From Mantamonas sphyraenae STR306 (taxonomy: Eukaryota; Protista; CRuMs): 64,000 nucleotides of DNA. Under the pieces are notes generated by a model, which did not search any database, was not told where the DNA came from, and saw nothing but the letters and a program-made list of their open reading frames with translations. This document shows positions 13,106-24,220 of this stretch, one piece after another. The position numbers were made by a program, and so were the translations under genes. Every line of letters begins with the position of its first letter. The stretch's first letter is position 1. The stretch lies in assembly GCA_026936335.1 (NCBI GenBank), contig JAPMXV010000039.1:124001-188000 (forward strand). Reading direction: 5' to 3'.

Positions 13106-15361
13106 TCACCTCCTCCTGTCGTTGGGGTTCTTCTTGCCATAGCCGACGGTCAGGTCCTTCTTCATCATGTGCTGCACGCCGAATTTGTACTCGCTGTCCG
13201 GGTTGAGCACGTCGTTCTTCTGCGTCTTGTTGCCGCGCATCTTTTGTGCCTGCTTCATCATCTGGTCCTCGCGCAGGATCAGGTCTGTGTTGTGTCGTCC
13301 ACCCTTGGTCTTGGGGATGGAGTACTTGGTGCCACGCACACGCGGACGCTTGCGTCCCTGGTAGTGTGTGACGCCGTTGGCACCGGCCACCACACTGACC
13401 CGGTACAAGCAATCGTTGCCACAACTGGGACAGAACACGCGGCCCATGTCCCGCGTCACCTTGAAGCAAGCCTCGCACTTTTGTGCCCACTGACGCGCCG
13501 TCTTGATCATCATGCCGTCCACAGACACCAGATTCAGCCCCATCTGCAGCAGCACATTCTGCATGGCGAAATCGTTGGTGATACAAGCCACACGCAGGCT
13601 GTCGCTGGCCTCCTTCGTTGTCCCGCTCAGTTCCCCCTCCTTCTTCACCTTGTCCAGGTTGTCTCGGGTCACCCATCCTTCCGTGTCCTCTGCAGACACT
13701 TCAAACGACGACGAGCTGACCCCACTTGCCGCTGACGAGGCACTCACAAGCACATCCACCTGTTCCTGCTGCTGTTCCTGTTCCTGCTGCTGTTCCTGCT
13801 GCTGTTCCTGCTGCTGTTCCTGTTCCTGCTCCTCGTCCTCCTTCAACACGGCCACATCGCCGCCAGCCATCACCACCATTTTCCCGCTGTTCTTCTTGCG
13901 GCTACGCTGACCCGCACGGTTGGTCTTGACACCGTCGAGCTGGATTTCCTTCACCTGCTTCGCCGCACGCTTCCTGTCCGCCGCCTTTTTGTTCTTCCAC
14001 TTGCGCATGATTTTGTCCTCACTCAGTCCCTCCTGACGCCACTTTTCCGCAAACACCTCCTTCTCTGCCAGCGCCGCCTTTTCCTGCTCCGCCTGCTCTG
14101 CCTTTTCCTTGGCCTTGCGCTCTGCCGCCTCCTGTTTGGCCTTTTCCCGCTTGCTGAGCTTGCCGCGTGAGCCCTTGTTTGCGCCCTGGTTGTTGTGTTG
14201 TTTGCCACCTGCTTGTTCGTCATCCTTGCCAAACGCGCCCCAGCCCGTCTTTTTCACGTGTGCCCCGCCACGGTTCACCTTGGCCACCCGCTTCACAGGC
14301 TCTGTGCGCACGCCCTCGGTGCCATGCACTTCCTTGTGGATGGCCCAACTGAGAGCCAACACGCGGATGTCCGCACGCGACAACGAGTGGTAATCACCCG
14401 TCTTCTGCGCAAACGACTTGATCGCTTCCAGCGCCTCGTCCGTCGGGTAGCGCACCTGCAGCTCAAAAGGAAGGGCCTCCAGCAACTGTCGCGAGTGTTT
14501 GTCTTTCACCTCATTCAACACATCCTGGGTCGTGTACAACACGGCCTCGCGCTTGTGCGACGTCTCCCCGTCCCGCTCCTCCTCTTCCTGCGTCCTCGCT
14601 GCCTCCTTCTTTCTTTGCCCACTCTCATCCAGACGTGCACGGCTGCCCGAACCTCCATACGCAAGCTTGTCAAGCCGCACACCCTTAATGATGGCTGCGG
14701 TGTCCACCACAATGTGTCGCTTGCGCTGTGTTTCCGGCACATCCAACTCCAAATCCGCCACCATGCGAGCCTGCCCTCGGTTGCCCCTGCCAGTCTTGTG
14801 TTGGCTTGCCAACGCGCTGCCATAGTCCAACGGTGTGTCTTCTTCGCCTGTGCCCTCCGTGCTTCCCTGTGCATCCTCCCCGTCCGCTTGTGCGTCGCTG
14901 CCCTGGGTCCGTTTCTCGAGAAACAAATCCGCATGCGACCACGACACCGCTGGTCCCGTGTCGCTTTCCAACGACGGAAAGTCGTCCTCTGTGGGCAGTG
15001 GCTGATCCTCCAGCTGCTCGTCGGCGTCCTCTTCGCCCTGTCTGCGCTGCGTGTGCATCGCATCGGCGCGTGCTTGCTCCAGGTACGGATCGTACGGTTC
15101 CATCTCGCTCAGCCACTCCTGCTGCGTCTTTTCGTCGTACTCTTCCAGCTCATCCTCAACGTCGCCAGCGTCGTCTTCCTCTTCTTCGTACACTTCCACT
15201 ACTTCCACCATCTCTCCTTCCTGGCCCTCGGGCAGCTCCACACTGTCGATTTTGGTGCCGTACTTGGCCACATACGCTGCAAACTGGCTCATTTGTGCCC
15301 CAGACAGCTCCTGCTCCTCCACTTCTTCGTCGCTTTCTGCGTCGGCAAAAGGATTGGACAT
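13106..15361 (-). CDS. NOB1: NOB1 20S/18S-E pre-rRNA endonuclease (PIN domain plus Zn ribbon) with an acidic N-terminal extension, about 751 aa
   Basis: Likely start ATG 15361 (MSNPF). PIN motifs 'HIVVDTAAII', 'VLNEVKD', 'TGDYHSLSRADIRVLALS', 'VACITNDFAMQNVLLQMGL'; Zn ribbon 'CEACF...FCPSCGN'; C-terminal 'RGTKYSIPK..GGR...LILREDQ'. Confidence 0.93.
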   Translation of the reverse strand: MSNPFADAESDEEVEEQELSGAQMSQFAAYVAKYGTKIDSVELPEGQEGEMVEVVEVYEEEEDDAGDVEDELEEYDEKTQQEWLSEMEPYDPYLEQARADAMHTQRRQGEEDADEQLEDQPLPTEDDFPSLESDTGPAVSWSHADLFLEKRTQGSDAQADGEDAQGSTEGTGEEDTPLDYGSALASQHKTGRGNRGQARMVADLELDVPETQRKRHIVVDTAAIIKGVRLDKLAYGGSGSRARLDESGQRKKEAARTQEEEERDGETSHKREAVLYTTQDVLNEVKDKHSRQLLEALPFELQVRYPTDEALEAIKSFAQKTGDYHSLSRADIRVLALSWAIHKEVHGTEGVRTEPVKRVAKVNRGGAHVKKTGWGAFGKDDEQAGGKQHNNQGANKGSRGKLSKREKAKQEAAERKAKEKAEQAEQEKAALAEKEVFAEKWRQEGLSEDKIMRKWKNKKAADRKRAAKQVKEIQLDGVKTNRAGQRSRKKNSGKMVVMAGGDVAVLKEDEEQEQEQQQEQQQEQQQEQEQQQEQVDVLVSASSAASGVSSSSFEVSAEDTEGWVTRDNLDKVKKEGELSGTTKEASDSLRVACITNDFAMQNVLLQMGLNLVSVDGMMIKTARQWAQKCEACFKVTRDMGRVFCPSCGNDCLYRVSVVAGANGVTHYQGRKRPRVRGTKYSIPKTKGGRHNTDLILREDQMMKQAQKMRGNKTQKNDVLNPDSEYKFGVQHMMKKDLTVGYGKKNPNDRRR

Positions 15362-15435
15362 GGTTGGTCCGCTGCTTGGGTGGGTTGAGCCACCAAGCGC
15401 GCTGCTTCGCAAAGCAACTCTCGGCGTTGAAGGAC
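15362..15435. promoter_or_regulatory. Putative 74-bp bidirectional promoter between NOB1 and the USP gene
   Basis: Divergent ATGs at 15361(-) and 15436(+); central palindrome AGCGCGCT at 15396..15403. The promoter role is inferred from geometry. Confidence 0.55.
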
Positions 15436-18400
15436 ATGAGCTCCGAAATCGCCATCCGAAACAAGTACACCCGCTTGAACAAGCGGTTGCGCATAGGTGA
15501 GTGAGCATGACACGTGCTGCGGTGGTTGTGAGGCGAAACGGGGGTCCAGCAAGGTGAGAGCGCATTGTTCCGCAAACTCACCCCCGTCTCACACTCGCCA
15601 ATCGGCCTTCACACGGGACCCGCAGACCACGACCCCACGTCGGCTATCGAGGACGTGGAGGCTGCGTTGGAGGAGCTGCGCAAGAATGAGCTGGGTGACT
15701 ATGAAACGGAGTATCTGGTCAACGAGGCTCTGGGCAAGATGGTGAACACTCTGCTGACGCGCAGGTGAGTTGGGGCTCCACCACCCATCCCACCCCACTC
15801 TCCTCATGGATGCGTGGCACTCTTCCTCTGCCCTCACCATCAGACGTGGCCATGTGTCGATGGCGATGTGGCATGGTGTGTCACCGTGCAGGCCTTCACG
15901 AGGCACCGCCGACGTGTGACGGCGCATGGCACGAGAGTTTGCACCCCAGAGGGATTCCCCCCGGGCGACTTGATGCGAGCGCAGGGGCAGACACACGTGC
16001 ACGCAGACACACTGACTCACTCACCCACGCAAACACCGTATGTGTGTGTGTCCCTCCACCATGCGTGACGTGACAGAACAACGTTGCTAGCGTACAAGCC
16101 GCGTGTGAACCTGTTTATCCAAAACGTGATGGACCTGATCGTGGAGTACTTCAACGCGGAACGGCCCATTCCGGCGCTGGCGGACACCCTGAAGCGCATC
16201 TTTGAAAAGACCACGCTGGGCTTCTACAACGACCGTGTGGCGTACAACGAACACAGCACACGAGACATTGCCCTCATCCAGGAGCTGGAGGACCTGCGCT
16301 TTGAATTCGTGGCGGAAGACGACGACAATGACGACGAGCAGCTTGCAGGAAGCAGTGACGAAGCAGCAGAAGCAGGTGCAGACGCAGGTGCAGCAGGGGA
16401 TGCCGCAGGAGACGTCAAAACACACGGAAAGTCGGACAAGGACGAGGACAAGGAGGATGCCACGGGCGCAGGGGGACAGACGGGGCAAACAACATCGGGC
16501 GAGGCTGGCAACGCTGAAACCACCAACCAAGACAATGGCCAGGGGGAGGATGGGACGGCAGACACAGATGAGGAAGCGGAGGAGGAAGACGAAGCAACTG
16601 AGGGTGACGCGGCCGAGGGAGGTGCAGCTGTTCCCGGCACGCCTGTGCTGAAGGAACAGGCTACAGCCACGGCAAGGTTTGCACAGCTGCAACCGCACGA
16701 CGAGCTCACATCCATCTGGTTTATGATCAACGTGAACTACTTTGGGACGCGGGGCGGCTTTGACGCGATGATCAAGTGCATGAAGCTGCAGCCGTCCACC
16801 AACCAGCTGGACGACCTGAGCTTCCTGATTGAAAAGGCAAAGATGATGGGACCGCTGGATCAGCTGATCAAGTACATGACGGTGGAGTTGGTGACCAAGC
16901 TGGTGGAGGGGCTGAAACCTGCTGTGTTGACCTACCTGAACAGTCTGGCACACCTGAACCTGAACGACCAGGCCAAAACGCTGGTGGGCCACATGCTGTC
17001 CACTCTCAAGGGTCTCATGGCCGTGGTCATGCCCGAGGAGACCGCGTCCGAGGTGATTGAAAAGTTCAAGCTGGATATGGCCGTGCAGTGGCTGGACAGC
17101 AACTCCCTGCAGCGCAAGCTGAACGCACTGAAAATCATTCGGCGCTCGTTGAACGAAGCCACCATCCACGCGCGCAAGTACATCCAGAAACAGCAGCACG
17201 CACGTGCGCAGCAAACCTCGTGGAGCCTGTTTACGCGCAGCGACACGCAGGAGGAGATCCAGCTCACACGCGACGTGCTCTTCCTCCTCGAATGGTTGGA
17301 GGAAAACAAAGTGGTGCAGCGCATCTTTTCCGACGAGTCGCACGCAGAGATTGTGCGCACGGGCGCAGAAATCATTCCTTTCCTGGCCGAGTTTGGCCAA
17401 CTGCCCACGGGTCTGCTCGACATGCTCTGGGACTTTTCCAAGGGCAAACACGAATCGGTGGAGTTTCTCATCTACCAGACTATCAGCGACATCTGCCTGG
17501 ATTTGCCCCTGGAACACATCGAGTATCTGTACGCATGCATCCACAAATCCGGCGGCCTTGACCAATACGGACCCGAAAAGATGGAGCTGGTGTACACCGT
17601 GACTCGCATTGCCGTGGCACGACGTACTCAGGACGCACGTCGCAACGTGGGCAGCGGCGGCAGCGGCAGCGCAGGCGGAAGTGCAGGCATGGGAAACAGC
17701 TCGGGCTCGGGCTCGAGCTCGGGCTCCAGTGGCAGCGGATCCGGCGGTGCATCGACGACGTCCGGTTCGGATGAGTCAGGTGTGCCCGAATGGTACGGCC
17801 TGCCTCTTTTGTACAAGATCATGCTGGAACGCAAAGATGCGATTGCCACTCGAGCCATGGATTATGTGGCCATGCTGCTGGAGGACGCCTTGTTTGCAAG
17901 CCAGCGCCAGCATTACATGAGTGCGTGTGTGTCCAACCTGCAGAACAACGAGAGCGTCAGCGTGTCGCTCACGCTGCTGCGGAAAATCCTGAAAACGTAC
18001 CCCGTGCGTCGCAAGGGCCTGGCGTACACCATTGAGCGGTTGGACAAGACGGACCACTTGCTGGACCTGTTGTTTAAGAACATGGAGGTGGAGGTGGGCT
18101 CGGATTTGGCAACGGCGCAAAACAGGCTGGATTTTCTCGAGTTTGTGCTCAGCCGATCCACGCTGCAGCTGAACAGCAAGCAGGTGGATCTCATGTGGGA
18201 GGTTCTGGTCGACCACGCAGACAACATCCAACTCAGTGAGCTGTTCTACACGTGGCTGGAAAAGTCAACCACCAAGTCGGGCTTTGTGGCGTTCAGTTCC
18301 TCGGTCATCCAGCATCTCTTTGTCAACAACATGAGCCGCATGGATCACGAACACCTCAACATGGCTGGCTTCAACGTGTTCCGCCACTACTTCCTCGTTG

Positions 18401-21400
18401 TCAACGAATCCAACGGCCGCATCACAAAGACAAACGCGAAACCAGCAGCCGCTGGAGCAGCCGGCGGCGCAGGGTCGTCCGGTGCAGCCACCAATGGCAA
18501 CGGAGGGACCACGTCGTCATCGAGTGGCAAGGCGCAAGAGGAGGAGGATGCAAGCGCACAAGACAGCAACGGAAGCAACAAGGCATACCAGGTTGTGAAC
18601 TACGATGGTCTCAAGGGTCTGGACAGCCTGTGGAACATTGCCATGCGGTGTGGCGACGATGCGGTGAGCGAACAGGCGATCTTGGTCCTGAACGAGGTGC
18701 ACCAGAATCTGTCGTCGGCGTTGAAGAGCAAGCTGGGACGCATCCGCAGCGATTTCGTGAAGCGATGCATGGCACAAATCGGCGAGGGCAACCAGTTGAT
18801 GATTCGACGCAGTCTCTTGCTGCTGCAGATCTTCATCTCGCAGTTTGACACGTCGGGCAACAAGCAGAACAAGGACAAGCAGCCAGCAAAGAAGGCGCTG
18901 CTCAAGTTTCCAGTCACGGTGGTCATTGACGGCAAGGAGTTGGAGTTTGCCGTGAGCATCAGCTCGGATGAGACGTTTTCCTCGCTTCGCCATTTGCTGG
19001 CGGACAGCTGTGCCCCTTTGAACGACAAGGCTCACCTGCTGCGTATCATTGTGGCTGGCAACGAGTACGACAACGAAGATGCCAAGCTGGCTTCTCTGGC
19101 CATCAAGTCCAACGACCCCATTTCGCTGATCCTGATGGATGAGGACCAGCTGGCCGCAGCCGAGGAGGCCAAAAACGCAGAAGGGGAAGGGAGCAGCAGC
19201 AGCAGCAGTGGTGGTGGTGGTGGTGGCGGTGCGGACGGAGGAGGGGCGTTGCCTTCGCCGTCGTCATCCAGTGACGAGCAGGGGTCGTCGTCATCGTCGA
19301 GCAAGGCCGGAAGCAACAGCAAGAAGGGAGACAAAGTGAGCGACGGAGAGGACCTTGCGGGATTGTTGCAAGACGCGCTGCTGGACTCGCTGAGCAGCCC
19401 TGTGTTTGGTGTGGGGCTGACGGGCATCAGCAAGGTGATGGCGGAGCGACGCTACGAAAGCGCAACGTCGTTGAGTGTGACACGGGCACGCAGTGTGCGC
19501 GTGGCAGAAAGCTCGAGTGGCAAGGGCAAGGATAAGGACAAGGAGAGCAGCCCCAGCCACTTGCTGTGCCGTGACGAGCACTTTTTTGTGCTGTACTCGT
19601 TGTTGAACGACGAAGAGGTGGGCAAGCTGGTGTGGAGCCTGTTGGGCCTGCTGCCAGTGAATGCCAAGTTGTACGAACAGGTGAAAGGCATGGCCAAGAG
19701 CAGCCTGGACGAGCTGCTGGATCCCCATTTGAGCTACAAGTTGATGTACTCGCTGCAGTTGGTGGACGTGCTGCTGACAGACCCGGAGTGGAAGGGACAC
19801 TTTGAGGGCATTGGAGGCATGGGTCACCTCCTGCACATCTTTATGAACAACACCACGGCGTCCAACGGGGCACAGCGATCGTGCCTGGCTCTGCTGCTGC
19901 ACATTCTCAACCGTTCGATGCTGCGTGAGCCCGAGGGCCAGGAGAAGGTGGAGGTGGTGGAGGACGCGGTGGACCACGAGGACTACGCCGGGTACCATCT
20001 GCACCCTGTGCTCAAGACAAGCGTACGCAAGCAGCTGGACAATGTGGACGAAATCATGGAGCGGCTCATGCAAGCCATTCGCAACGTGGCCATCGCCAGC
20101 CAGTTGGGCGTGGGTGGCTCCTCGTCCACGAGTCTGAACATGATGCTCGTGTCGGACGATGCCGGTGTGGGGGGTGGAGGCAAGCTGTTTGACGAACACA
20201 GCGTGGACGGAGAGTTGGTGCGCCAGTGTATGGAGTTTGTGGTGGGTGCTGCGCTGGGCAACCGGGCTCTTGCCACGCGTCTGTTTGGCTACGAGGCCCT
20301 GGACGAGTGGATGCGCAGTGTGTTGCTGGACACAGGCAACGCAAAGATCCGTGAGGAGTGTGCCTTTGGGGTGTTTTCGCTGTGCACACAAACACGTCTG
20401 GAACGCTTGGGCAGCCAGGCAGCACGTGTTGGCAGTAGCGGCAGCAGCGGCAGTAGCGGCAGCAGCAGCAACAACAACAACAGCACAAAGGACGACGAGG
20501 GCAGCGAGAACAGTGGAGCTGCAGACAAAGAGCAGACCCAGATCATGGAGAACATTGTAAAGCCGCTGGTGGCCTTCCTGGACGACGTGGCTACGTCTGG
20601 ACTGTACCAAGACACGTGTGACGAATACTTCCAGCTGCTGTACCAACTGATTGGCAACCCCGAGGTGCAATTGAACAGGCGTGCGCTGGCCATGCGTGCT
20701 GCAGACATGATCCGCGGCCACCAGGGAGGAGACAAGGGAGAGTCGGAAGACAAGGTGTTGGTAGGACTGATGCACGTGCTTGCGGCAGCTGTGCACAACG
20801 ACGCGACGCTCAAGGTGGACGTGGACATGGTGGACTTTCTCTTCCACCAACTGCTGTTTGCTCCGGACGAAGATCCGTTGCACTTGTCGGTCAGCCGCAA
20901 CGTGGCGTACAACCTGTTGGTGGTGCTGGGCTCGGAGTGCACGTCCAACTACGGCAAGCTGGTGGAGCTGCTGATGAGCCAGCTGGATGGCATCCAGACG
21001 CCGGCGTCGTACAGATACAATCCCAAGAAGGCGGAACGATCGGCAGTGGGGTTTGTGGGCCTGCAAAACCAGGGGGCCACGTGTTACATGAACTCGCTGC
21101 TGCAGCAGTTCTACAACGTGCCCTCGTTCCGCAGGGGCCTGTTGGCGGCACGCGTGGACGCGGCCAACCCCGACGACTTGCTGTACCAGATGCAATCGCT
21201 GTTTTCGTACCTGCAGACATCGCAAAAGAAGTATTTTGAGACGAGCGACTTTTGCCACGCGGTGAAGGATTATGACGGCAATCCGGTGGACACCAAGGAG
21301 CAGATGGACACCAACGAGTTTTTCAATCTGATCACGGAGCGGTTGGAGGGCCAGTTGGGCGCGTCTTCCCTGCGCAGCGACCTGGTGCGCAACGCAGAGG

Positions 21401-24138
21401 ACGCAGAGAGGCAACGCAAGCAGCTGGGCAAGCTGTTCAAGCACAACTTTGGCGGACAGTTGGTCAACCAGGTGATTTCCAAGGAGTGCGAACACACGAG
21501 CGAACGCAGCGAAGACTACCTTTGCCTGAGTTTGGAGGTGAAGGGTAAAAAGACACTTCAGGAGTCGCTGGAGCTGTTTGTGGAGGGCGATCTCCTGGCC
21601 GGTGACAACAAGTACAGCTGCAGCGAGTGTGGCACACACGTGACCGCTGTGCGTCGTTCGTGCCTGCGTACGCTGCCCAACACACTCGTGTTGCACCTGA
21701 AACGCTTCGACTTCCAGTACGAAACCATGCGTTACGTGAAGCTGAACAGCCGGTTTGAGTTTCCCCACCAGCTGGACATGGAGCCGTACACAGAGGTGGG
21801 GCTTGCACGCATCGAAGCCATGGAAGCGGCTGCTCAGGAGGCGGAAGGGGACGCAAAGGACGGCAGCGGCACGGGGTCGTCCTCGTCAGCAGCCGCATCG
21901 GCCGAGTTGAATGCATTGGATGAGAGCGTGCCAGACGATTACTACACGTACACGCTGGTGGGTGTGCAGGTGCACCTGGGCTCAGCCAACAGCGGGCATT
22001 ACTACTCGTTCATCAAGGAACGCGGCACAGACCGCTGGCTGGAGTTTAACGACACCACCGTGGTGCCCTTTGACCTGGAGGACCTGGACGTGGAGACATT
22101 TGGTGGCGAGGAGCCACTGAACGACGAAGAGGCGGAAAAGAAGGCCCAGGGGCTTCCGTACAAGTCGGCCTTCCGCTCCAACAACGCGTACACTCTGTTC
22201 TACGAGCGCAAGCTGGCCATGCCGTTTCCCGATGAGGATGCTTTGGTGGGCGGAGGCGCTGTGGACCACGCAGATGAGTTTGCGGGCATGCGCGACGGCG
22301 ACGCCACATCTGCCGGTGCAGACGACGGCAGCGGTGGCGGCGTCGAGGATGACGGCGATGGAAACGGAGAAAGTGAGGACGATGACAACGACGATGACGA
22401 CGAAGAGGAGGAGGAAGAAGAGGCGGATGAGGCGGATGAGGCGGAGTCCAAGGTCGAGGACAAGCTCAACACAAGCACAATCTCACTGAGCGACATTCTG
22501 ACGGGCGATGACGACGAAGCAGACGGGTTGAATGGGAAGCATGACGTGGGCAGCAGTAGCAGTGTGAGCGGTGGCGACGGTGAAGGTGGCCACGCAGAAG
22601 ACGACGATGCGGCGGCGCGTGGGAAGCGAACCGGCAGCGGTGACAAGGGAGGCACAGGAGGAGGAGGAAGCAGCAGGTTGGCGTCGCAGTCATCGACACT
22701 GGCGGTGTTGTTTCTGGCCAAACTCGCACGGGCGGTGAAGAACACGCGTGAGGGCAGTGGTGGAGGAGGTGGTGGTGGTGGTGGTGGTGGGCTGCCACAG
22801 GAGGTGGTGGACACCGTGGACAAAGACAGGTGGTTGTTTGACCACACGGATTTGCGTGAGCTTGCACCGCCGGTGGAAATCCACAAGGCGATCAACGAAG
22901 AAAACAAGAGCTTCATGCTGGAACGTCGGATCTACGACCGTGACTACGCACGCTTTGTGTGGAAGATCTGCAGTCTGTGGCCGTCGATGGAGGAGGAACG
23001 GGAGCGGGAGGAACATGCGACGGCTGTGATGCAGCTGGCGTTTTCGTTTATCTTTCGCGTGCAAGCACACCGGCCGATCAAGCAAAAGATGGCCGGGTGG
23101 AAGCGAGTGACCCGTGCGATTCTCAGCCAGGACACAGGTGCGTCGCGCTGGTTGCTGAGCACAATGCTGAGCAACATGGATTATGTGCGCAAGCTGCTCT
23201 TTGTGTGTCCCAAGTTTGAGGTGCGCGAAATGTTTGTGTTTTGCATGGCCAACGCCATGGGCAGGGTCGGCCAGCTGGAGAGCCTTTCGTACGAAATGTC
23301 CGAGACGCCAAGTCTGAACGTGGCCTTTATGAACGAGATGCTCGGCATGGTCAAGCTGGCGCGAGAGTTTGGCTCCACATGCAGCGAGTACTTTGCCATG
23401 CTGCGTGAGTTTGCCCTCCTGGGCCGTGCCGAGGCACAGTGGCTGCTGGGCAGGCACATGTTGCCCATTCTCATCCACTTTTACTGCGGCGCCGTGGCCA
23501 CCTTTCAGGCTCGCACCGTGATGCGCAACGGCAAGCGGGTCATGGTCGGTGGCAAGCCCGTGACGGCCAACATGGATCCTCTCATCGATGCCGTCAGTGT
23601 GTTGGCACGCACGTGCAGAACCGACGTGCCGGCTGAGTGGGGATTGCCTCCGTCAAGCGTGCATCAAACCAGCGACGAGCCGGGCCCTCAGCTGTCGCTC
23701 GTCGACGTGGCCACCCTGTTCAAGGAGCCCCACTTTATGGAAAAGGTGCTGCGCAACAGAGGGTACCAGGAGGCCCTGGTGGCACTCATGCACCACTGGA
23801 GCTACGAGTCGCAGAATGGCAGCCAAGCTGTGTGCACTGCCTTTGCGCGTTCCTTCCAGGGCTGCAAGCAAAGCATGTACGGTTTGATCCTGGAAACGTG
23901 GACCGAAGACTTTCTCGAGCTGGAGGATTCATTGCTGGAGTGGCGCGTGGAACTCGTTCAGAGCAGGTTGTTTGCTCTCATCAAGCGCCACATCACATCC
24001 AACCATGAGCTTGTGCACCAGGCACTGAACCGCATGATTGCCCTTGGCAACGTGCACGCAGTTGCCAAGACGTGGATTTTCGACCGAAAGCCGGCCTTGA
24101 ACGCCGAGTTGCAGAAGATCAACATGCAAATCAAATGA
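15436..24138 (+). CDS. Large ubiquitin-specific protease, USP9X/USP24/USP34 (fat facets-like) family; join(15436..15496,15626..15764,16077..24138), about 2753 aa
   Basis: Two GTGAGT...CAG introns give a continuous frame (MSSEIAIRNK...DHDPTS...LLTRRTTLLAYKP). Cys box 'VGLQNQGATCYMNSLLQQFY', His box 'GVQVHLGSANSGHYYSFIK...WLEFND', 'NAYTLFYER', internal Ubl-like segment 'KFPVTVVIDG...LRIIVAGNEY', ARM-like N-terminal part. Confidence 0.9.
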
Positions 24139-24220
24139 AGTCTGTTTGCTGTGCAGCACATGGGTCCATGCTTCCATGCTTCGTTCATCACCAACAGTCG
24201 TTTCGATGTTTCGTTGCTGC

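Noticed and set aside
15765-16076. Longest intron as a possible snoRNA host
   Set aside because: No convincing C/D or H/ACA layout; the CTGA present is better explained as a branch-point motif.
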